A stretch of DNA of 64,000 nt from Owenia fusiformis (lineage: Eukaryota). The stretch lies in assembly GCA_903813345.2 (NCBI GenBank), contig CAIIXF020000001.1, forward strand, positions 14,880,001 through 14,944,000, in the 5' to 3' direction. Made by a program: the position numbers and the translations under genes. Shown piece by piece: positions 55,056 through 64,000 of this stretch (position 1 is its first letter; each line of letters opens with the position of its first letter). The notes beneath the pieces are model-generated. The model did no database searches. It was given only the letters and a program-made list of their open reading frames with translations, and was not told where the DNA came from.

Positions 55056-56191
55056 CATTGAGGTAATGTATCTAATGATTTGTGTTTCTGCTATATTTTT
55101 TGTATAACTATGACAGTTAAATGCCTTTGTATCAAACAGGATTGTCATCATTAGCTTACAATTGGCATTTTATAAGACTTAAATATCAAAAAACACCACA
55201 TGTGAAAATGTCAGGAAAGTTTGATAGACTAGGCTATACATTTGATAGGCCCATACAAGTAATCTACCACACTGATAGTCTAATCTGAAATTATTTCGGT
55301 GGATTAACACACTTATTAACTGGATAAGAGTGGACAAATGAAAGTTTAGCAAATCACCATTTCTGGGTCCTGTTGCCAATGTACATTATATTGTCCACTT
55401 TTAGCATATGGTCTATCTATTACCTATCTATCCATCTGTCTAGATATATCACGTGCAAATGTACAATTAATGATTCTATACAGTGAGTAATACAATGACA
55501 TACAAGTATATCAGAAGTATGACGAGGCAAAGGAGTAGTCGAGGCAAAAATAGACTAAAAGATGGACGTTGCTACCTATGTACTCCATTTATACAGTTTT
55601 ATTTCAAAGTTGAAAAAACGCCGGAATAAATATGATTTTGTAAGCCTTTGGTGAGGCATTTGGCTCTCTACCCCTCATGCCTGGCTTCATCATTGACTCT
55701 CTACCCCTCATGTCTGGCTTCATCAATGACATGTCAAAACAATGACTGGTCGGTCAAGATAGTAACTACACTCGGAGGAAGTGAAGTTGTCACTGTTATG
55801 TTTTGTGACTGAATTTTCCTAATTTCCTGATTTTGAGAAAACATGTTTGAGAATAAATTGTCAGTGAGGCAAATTAGAAAGTGGTGTCAAATTACTACAG
55901 AAGTTGATTTTGAACTGTGAAACGTCTAGTAGACATGATTTTAAAATCACCAAAAAAGTCGAGTGACATTGTACACTTCCTCCAAGCTTAGTCATGTATT
56001 ATAACAATGAAGGACTTGTCATGTCATTTACTTTTCAAATTGTCCTGTCAGATTTTAAATGAGTGTTGACTACCAGCCATTTGCTTTTTATTGCTACACG
56101 AACAGTGTATTCAACATTGTTGAACGGTGTATTCTAAAGCAAATTTTGTAATGTAAGAAAGCTCACACATCGGAGTCACTTTGTAGTTAAC

Positions 56192-59100
56192 CTAGAGGTG
56201 AATAAAAGAGTGAATCAACACAATAACAGAGGAGATCAAAAACGAAGATGCAGCAATTGTAGAAGCACTGCTGCAGTAGTCTTTCCACCAAAGGTTCCTG
56301 AGGCGGGAGAGGGTCCCGTCTTCCTGCATTCGTAGAATAGCAAGATTAAACGTTGATACGTGGGGAGAACCTTTCGAGAAAGCCAGTCCGTACCCCCACG
56401 AATTAAGTGGATTACCTATAACTTTGACATCGCATGGTCGATGTTTTGACCAGTAGTCCGCCATGACGCTGTCCATGATAAAATAATAATTGCCTTGTCT
56501 CACTCGATCTACTCCCGTCGCTGCTTTATCAACAAACACAGATGGGTCCGAATTCATTTTGGCCCACATGCGTGCATAGAGACCATAGGTTGAATTTTGG
56601 AAAAACTGTTTCGTCAGACCATTTTGTATCGTGCCATATTTTGCCGTGTTTTGATTAGCGAGTTCCCCCACACTCTTGATTTCGAGAGGATTCTTGCCCA
56701 AGATGACAGTTCCAGTAGTCATGAAGGGCAAGGTGAAGTCCAAGACGTTCAGACGCGTCGATGTGATCGTCAGTGGCGCAGCTGCAAAGTCAGCGTCCTA
56801 GAATCGAAGCACAATGATGTAATTTCATTAATTCAATTTCCAATTACCTCATTTTGCTTAATTATTGCACAAGCTGTTTGCTGTAATTGTTTAATCTTAG
56901 CACCCAAGTTCCGTTCTTGCAAAATTACTTGTAGTAGACAAAGATGGATTCTAACAATTAGAACTAATTAAGTGATCCGACATGCCGGGGGGAATGGGCG
57001 AATGGTTCATATCACTACACCATTCTAGGTATCCACGAGGCAGATGTAATGTGTGGTTTCATATAGAACACGGTTATTTAACATAAATACGTTACTTACA
57101 TTATAAATATTATTATTGAATGATTTGAAGTGCATTACAGGATATATTCTGCTCTCGATATTCTGTATTGGCACTCGAAAAAAAGTGTTACAAATATATT
57201 GATAATTTCAGAATATACAGTTGGTGCTTGGCTTTAATGCCTTACTTTCATGTAATCATCTTTTTTGAACTAACATGAGAACCATTCATTAAAGTAAAAC
57301 CCGAAGAGAATTGGAATATTTTGCTTCATATAATTATTGATTTACATGTATATCCCATTGTATTGTGATATTGAGAAGCATCAGTGCCAGAGCGCATATT
57401 CTTTGACAAATACCACAGAGATATGTTCGACTAAAACTAAATCTTGATAGCCGAGAGCATGCAATGAGTACGAACGTGGTGTGATTATCAAATTAATATA
57501 ATATATAAGTAAACCGAATACTGGATAATGGAGTGAGAATTTTGGTAACAGGAGTCAACGGCCATGGGCAACGAATGTCGTGGCAATGTCTGCTTCTGCA
57601 ACTATATATATACGTGTGACTCCAAGATGGCCCCGAGTATTCTCCAAAGACTTTTTCATCCATTCCTGAGACATTAAGTCATCAAGTGGAACCAAACAGT
57701 TGCCAAAGAACATTTTCACTGTTCCACAACTAGTTACTTTGACGGAACGCCAATGTAACAAAATGGATGAACTTCCTGGTTACGAGTTCTTTTGTTTTCT
57801 CGATTTAAACCTACTTATAAGTCCAGTTGCAGATTGTAATTTGGCACAAAGCGAGAAAATATACAGTTGTCTAGCTTTAATGAATTTCTTCAATTTGGAA
57901 TTTGTTTGTAAATGAAGTTGCAATTCTTATATTAGTCCCTCGCTTTTGTTACATTGACGAAAGTCCGTTATATTACCAATGTATGTTACTTTGCCGACTT
58001 ACGTCAGTGTAACAAAAACGATGGTCTAAATGCATGAATTACAGCTTTATTTAAAAATCTGATTCCAAACCGAGAGCACTTCTTAAAGCTAGACTATATT
58101 TTCTAACTTTGTGCCAAATGATAATCTGCAACTTGACTTATAATTAGGTTTAAATCGAGAAAACAAAAAACTCGTATCCAAGAAGTTCGTCCATTTTGTT
58201 ACATTGACGTTCCGTCAAAGTAACTAGTTGTGGGACAGTAATTTTGAGAAAAAAACTCGGGACACAATTTTAGGTCACTTTACATCTTACCGGTCCCAAG
58301 ACTTCGCCGATCATCCCGGTCCACTTGCCATCACTTTTAGGAACCCCATAGGCGCCATCCTTAACGATAGATATATCAAAATTGATCCCTAGGCGATCTT
58401 TTAGTTCATCAAGCAGATCGGGAATAAAACCAGTATAGCGACCATTAACCAGTTGTTTTTCAACGAATGGCGGCTCCTGAAATATACCCATCCAACAATC
58501 TGATAAGAACGCCCTATTGTATATAAATTGAATGATTATCTTTCAAAAACGGCAATGGCTGCAACACTTGAAGCTTTCCGACAATAGAAAGAAAGCACTT
58601 TATCTAAAGAATTCATTTTGGCCTGTCTTGATTGCACATTCTGAATAAGAGAATAAAAGAGAATCAGACTTGCAAATATTATGATTTACATCTGGTAGTC
58701 TTATATCTATACCCTGGACCTTGGAGTAAATAACAGAGGGGGGGGGGGGGCAGAGTCTTGAAACAAGACCAATTTGGTAGTTATCGTATAGTTAAATTAA
58801 ACTCACATGAATTGTTGTCACTTTGAGTGTCTTTGATGTAACTGGAGTACATACTGCAAACAAAATAGAATTAACAATGATTGATTCTGTTATTCATTGT
58901 CTTGTTGCCAAGGAGATATACGTAAATATCCTAATAAACAAACAGTCCACCTGAGCTGGGCCATCATTTACTTTTAATTGGAAAAAGATTATATGTAGCT
59001 CATCCCACATTTCAGAGAAAAACTAGATAGATGCATATCCGAGAATTTGGAATTTGTATCAGTTTGATATCCGATGTGTTTGTGGAAACAGCCATTCGCC

Positions 59101-61551
59101 TTGGAAGAAAATACTGTAAAATGTTGACAGGCGTGGAATATGTATACCCTACGAAAATGCTCCACGCGAATCCAGCCCCTGTTTGGGTTTGATTTAAAAA
59201 AGTCAGTTGTGTTTGATACCCTGTGTCCCTGTCTAATTGAAACAAATCTTCCGTATCACCCTGTACCCTCCGATGGGATTGCCAAACATTCGATTTTCTT
59301 TAACTCCCAGGATTGACTCGAATTCGACGTTGCTATGAATATGAAATATATCAAACTGTAACAATATTCCGACAAAAACACATATTTCTTCGCTCCATGA
59401 TAGGTTTTAATACACAAATGGGAATATCACGTCATCAATAAATCAAATTGCAGAACAGAACAGCATTTTGAATTTTGACGACGCTAATCAAATAAACAGA
59501 TACTATTATTAGGTTTCATTACTATTTGTAATATCTTTTTTGTTGGAAATATATTTATGGTATCATATTAATAATGATCAAGGGGGAGAGTACGAGTATA
59601 ATCCGTTTGTATTTTATCAGCAGCTCTAAAAAGAGATCGATGAAGAAATTTCAACTAAACTCCCTTAAGCGAATATTAGGCCAACTCGTCATTCTTGGTT
59701 GAATTATTAATTTAAGCATTATAGGCCTATAAATACGTATACTTCTCAAAGCCACTTTAATTCAAAGACGATTTTTTCAGGATCTTATTTAAGATCTAAG
59801 CCATATTGGCTGCCGCAATAAAGACATTTTGTTGACACCGGGTGATTAGTCCCAAATTAAGAAAATTTTGAAAGTTTAAACATGTACTCTAAATTGCAGT
59901 CTTTTACTGTAAAACTGTTAAACACTTTAAAACTGTAAAACTGTTAAAAAGTCATTTTTATTTTTAATAGTAGCCTAATCAGTGTTAAAAATCATGTCAT
60001 GAATATAAGGAAATACAAGAACTGATCGACAATTTCCAATATAGCCTAATTATTATTGGATAAAAATTTGAGATAAAACAGGTTATTACAACCTAATTCT
60101 TCTTTTTAGTATTAAAAGATACGCATCTCGGAAATTTTGAATGCGATTACTCCATTTCCAAGTCATTAATTCCGTCATTGAATAATCTTCCATCAGTGTA
60201 CGATAAATAAATTGGCCATAGCGTTCCGGACGAACAAGATAATCACCCAGTTCGTGATATGGAAACGCCATGGAAAATTTCAACAAGTTGATCAAAATAC
60301 ATAACATCAACTTATGATTTTCTCATAAAAGATATGGAAATATATTGAATTGATGTGTTACATGTGTTAATGTATTTTGAGTTCGGAAATTCCCAATTGG
60401 TCGAGCATTACACACATAATCGCTTTAACTGAAACATTGGCAGACGCCAGAGGTGCTTTCAGAGGTCCACGATCATTGTTTATTCATACCGCAATTCCAA
60501 TTATAAACCAGGCCCTCCAATTATGGAGTCCTTCTGGAATTTGGTAGTCTATGGGTTCACGATCTATATAATCGTCTCATATCACGATACGTTTTGTCTC
60601 AACATTCAGTAATTAAGAAATAGAGCAAAGCTTTCGAACCCCTCACTCCCTTCGGTCGTTCGAGGTACAGAAAACATTTGTGCCTAGCCCCACGGGGTGT
60701 ATTCGATGATATTACACCTGCCCTGAGGTCTATATTACGATTCGAACATGAAAACTACGGGCGAAAACTACATTACTACGGGCCGCCGTCACACATTACT
60801 CGTTGTACCAGGGGTATTATTCGCGAATATAACCCGGGCGAAATATTGACTTTGTTCACTATTTATAGAAGGCGTGAATACAGTAATGTTAGAATATCTT
60901 ATAGTAAATACCATAACGTTGATAATATACGACATGCAAGCAGGTAAATTCAATTGCCTTATTTTTACGACGTTAATTTCATAAATGGTTTTAGTTAAAT
61001 GATCACATAAAATACATTGTCAAACAAAACATGTTTTATTTGATTTTTAATGTGCAAATAATCTATTTTTAATATCAGATGAACAATCAGATGGAAAATC
61101 AAACATGAAAAAGTAAGTACAAGACATGCTTATCTTTGAAAGGAAGCCACAAAATGAGATTCGATATTTTCTAGGGCATCATTATAACGAAGGAATATAT
61201 CAGTTTTGTTCATAATACTTACACACCGTTTTTGGAACTAATCCAATTAACAACTCTGGGGTTTTCAACCTAATATATTAAAAGTAAAGCTAAATATTCA
61301 TTTTGTCAATAATAAAATCGACAGAAATCAACATCTTCTTAGGATGAGTTGAACTAAGTAGTTGGTATTAATATATAGATAAATAAAAATAAATCATACA
61401 CGCAATGTAAAAATATCAAGGGGTGACAAAATCATATAGGCGAACCCAACTCTTTAAATCGAGGAGTTACCATGAAATAAAAATCGGTGAATTTTAACTT
61501 ACCTTGCAAGAACATCAGAAATCCTACAACTTGTGATGCCAATGTTTGCAT
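56192..61551 (-). CDS. Channel-less ionotropic glutamate receptor-like ligand-binding protein (signal peptide + fused S1S2 + predicted GPI signal), 4 exons, ~295 aa
   Basis: Exons 61551-61503 (MQTLASQVVGFLMFLQ), 58853-58807 (VCTPVTSKTLKVTTIH), 58476-58291 (EPPFV...DGAYG...WTGMIGEV) and 56797-56192 (DADFAAAPLTITSTR...DFTLPFM...IKSVGELANQ...YGLAFSKGSP...WWKDYC plus hydrophobic tail). Canonical GT-AG introns with consistent phases. An alternative in-frame ATG lies at 61566. Confidence 0.88.
57719..58238. mobile_element. MITE with ~90-bp TIRs in intron 3 of the iGluR-like gene
   Basis: CTGTTCCACAACTAGTTACTTTGACGGAACGCCAATGTAACAAAATGGA pairs with TCCATTTTGTTACATTGACGTTCCGTCAAAGTAACTAGTTGTGGGACAG|TA. 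Confidence 0.8.
60629..60890 (+). repeat. Hairpin-type interspersed repeat, copy 2 (truncated, spacer inverted)
   Basis: The right arm and tail align with 36394-36636. The segment 60629-60676 is the reverse complement of 36346-36393. Confidence 0.8.
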
Positions 61552-61690
61552 GTCGTGTCCAATCATTCTAAGACGACCAGTGCATGGATTGACCCTCTCA
61601 ATGTATGCTCTCACACCGACACGATTGATGCAAGTGGTTTCTCGGACCCGCTGCAATTTGATTATTAAGTCGCTGTACAAAGAGAACTTT

Positions 61691-61777
61691 CTTTTTAATA
61701 ATATCACATGGGATTCCAGTGCTTCTTGATTGGTTCCTATCGCGAGAACAATTGGATTAACCAATCATGTTCCCAAT
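61691..61777 (-). promoter_or_regulatory. Candidate core promoter of the iGluR-like gene
   Basis: Four CCAAT/ATTGG boxes (61729, 61751, 61761, 61773) upstream of a minus-strand TATTAAAA at 61700-61693, about 140 nt before the ATG. Confidence 0.4.
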
Positions 61778-62537
61778 GACGAGAGGATAATATTGTCCCC
61801 CAGCAGAATATTCCAATTCTGAGTAAATTGAGGTCACATAACATGGTTCAAAATGACGTTATTTGCACTTTGGTGATTTATAACAGAGCCAAACGCAATT
61901 ACTTTACAATATATAATCACTAGCAATTCCCATTTATTTTTGGTGGGACAATAAATTGAATTTATTATCGTGTAACAGACAACTTATTTAAGTTTTAATC
62001 ATACCATAAATGCATTTTATTGTTCTATATATCACCGATAATAGTTTCCGTCCTTTCGCGCTTCCAACCCAGTCCTCCATCGACACGTCTACTTCGCCAA
62101 CGTTGTCTCCATGACCATTCAGTTATCGCGGCCAAGTTCCACCATACCCCTTGTCACACGAACGCTCCATTAATCCAGTTATAGAATTCCTCCAGAATCA
62201 TTATATAGGACGAGTTTAATCAGGTTTGCATGATTAATGTGAAACTGTCCCCTAAATGGATTAGACTAGTTTTAATACTATTGACTGATACCACGGCGTG
62301 AATAATAAACAACGTTGACAACTGAACAGCAAAAGAATGTGTATCCATCTCTAAGATCACTTTATGAATCTTTCGCTCCTTGTCGTTAATGTCTCCCACC
62401 GGTCGAAGGACTCTCATTATTGTTGTAATATCTGTGGTCCCTTGTCAGTTTTGTGTCAATCCAGCCCAGGTTCCTAAATATGAGAAACACCAAACACAAT
62501 TTAAAATTTAACAATCTCTAAGAAATCAGATCTTTTT

Positions 62538-63212
62538 ATCGTATGATCTGTAAAATGAAGCCCTTTGATTGGCCAATTCTTGTGCTGTACCAATCTGTAT
62601 TGCTACTGAGATTGTCCCCGTTGATCATCTCCGTCGCAATACAGAAGATATTGGTACGGAGGGGACAATCTCAGAAGCAATACAGAAGATCACACGATAA
62701 AAACGTTATAGAATGATTTGACGTGCAATACAGGATATATTCTGCTCTCTATATTCTTGGCGATAAGATCACACGATAAAAACGTTATTGAATGATTTGA
62801 AGTGCAGTACAGGATATATTCTGCTCGAGAAATTCTGTATTGGAACGAGACGAAGTCGAGTGCCAATACAGAATATCGAGACACTTCAAATCATTCAATA
62901 ACTTAATATATTATCGTATGATCTGTAAAATAAAGCCCTCTGATTGGTCAGTTCTTGTGCTGTACCAATCTGTATTGCTACTGAGATTGTCCCCGCTGAT
63001 CATCTCCGTCTCAATACGGAAAATATTGGTACGGAGGGGGCAATCTCAGTAGCAATACAGAGGATCACACGATAAAAACGTTATAGAATGATTTGAAGTG
63101 CAACACAGGATATATTCTGCTCTCTATATTCTGTATTGGCACTCGACTTCGTCTCGTAACAATACAGAATTTCCTGTATATCCTGTATTGCCCTTCAATT
63201 CATTCAATAACT
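62538..63212. repeat. Complex direct and inverted repeat cluster (hairpin family, two ~220-bp direct copies)
   Basis: 62538-62757 is repeated at 62913-63132, with internal hairpins. A related fragment lies at 57113-57180. Confidence 0.8.
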
Positions 63213-63216
63213 TATA

Positions 63217-63837
63217 TTATTATATCATTGCTAGAATTTGTGTCCTTTGATTGGCTGATTCAGTACCATGTGATCAAAAATACCAAAGCGTATTTCACAC
63301 CTCCCTTAATTTTGGAATAATAAAAGACGTATTGCCCGGCGTATTGCCCGCCCGGGAATTCTGAATCGTCCCGTTTCGTCCAGTACAGTTGTGACGTGCA
63401 TCAAAATGGCAGACAGAAAAAGATTTAAAAGTCTGAATTCCGATGAAAAGAACGACATCTTGAGGGATGTGCATTCTAAAAACACCATTAAATCAACGGA
63501 ATGACATCTAATGTCTTAGAACATTTTCAAGTGTTATGTGGACGAAATAGACGTTAAATCTATCGATAAAATCGTTCTGGATGGAATTTTAGAGTTTTTT
63601 TTTGAACTGCGAACGAAGGATGGGGAATATTAAAAGAGTGCCAGTCTGCAAAGTAAGCGAATGTCTAGCAATGATATAATAAAACAAATATTTCATTCTA
63701 TGTTCGGGCAATACCTGTTGCACTTTCAATGATTTTTGCAGCATGTATTTCCCTCGCCCTCCGGGCTGCGGGCAATACATGCTGCAAAAATCATTGAAAG
63801 ATGAACAGGTATTGCCCTCCATAGAATGAAATATTTG
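63217..63837 (+). mobile_element. Crypton-like (tyrosine-recombinase transposon) remnant with decayed N-terminal ORF and terminal hairpin
   Basis: Frame from ATG 63406 reads MADRKRFKSLNSDEKNDILRDVHSKNTIKSTE*...LDGILEFFFELRTKDGEY*KSASL with three stops. It resembles the region upstream of DUF3504 in Crypton/ZMYM-type proteins. A 19-bp IR at 63217-63235/63664-63682 and a hairpin at 63685-63837 accompany it. Confidence 0.6.
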
Positions 63838-64000
63838 CTTAGTATTGAGATGCCAACCTTAGTGATGAAGTGAATGATAAAATTATTGAAATTGTGGCTC
63901 ATTATGTCTCAGTAGCAATCTCAGTATAGAACGGACAGTGAAACATTCTAAAATCATTTGGGAACCTTTTGGGTGGGAGGGGGAGCAAGCATAGATACAG

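Noticed and set aside
56597-56971. 124-aa plus-strand ORF
   Set aside because: Antisense shadow of the iGluR-like exon 4.
61567-61764. Upstream in-frame extension of the signal-peptide exon as a remnant ATD
   Set aside because: No ATG or ATD similarity. It overlaps promoter-like motifs and would bury the signal peptide.
61980-62475. Moderately GC-rich minus-strand segment with an acceptor-like site
   Set aside because: All frames are interrupted and no family is recognisable, so it cannot be called an exon or TE.

Overview
AT-rich, intron-containing animal genomic DNA. It looks like a non-arthropod invertebrate, possibly a lophotrochozoan, but the taxon cannot be fixed from sequence alone. 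Four protein-coding loci were reconstructed by hand from splice sites. (1) Two tandem, intact, paralogous terminal exons of a TASK-type K2P channel (KCNK3/KCNK9/sup-9 family, + strand), with no recognisable first exon between them. (2) A 24-coding-exon TRAPPC9 (- strand, about 1267 aa) containing a U12-type intron. (3) A 9-coding-exon SNRNP48 (U11-48K, + strand, about 337 aa) whose intron 4 carries a tandem U12 5'-splice-site USSE-like element behind an apparent 1-nt poison exon. (4) A 4-exon, about 295-aa iGluR-derived gene (- strand) made only of a signal peptide, directly fused S1-S2 ligand-binding lobes and a GPI-type C-terminal signal. This last gene has no ATD and no ion channel, and is a candidate surface-tethered amino-acid-binding protein analogous to AChBP. 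The rest is introns and UTR/intergenic DNA with many non-autonomous DNA transposons (mariner, Harbinger, Kolobok-like, Crypton-like, Helentron-like), tandem repeats and a recent templated insertion. All family assignments come from motif recall, not database searches.
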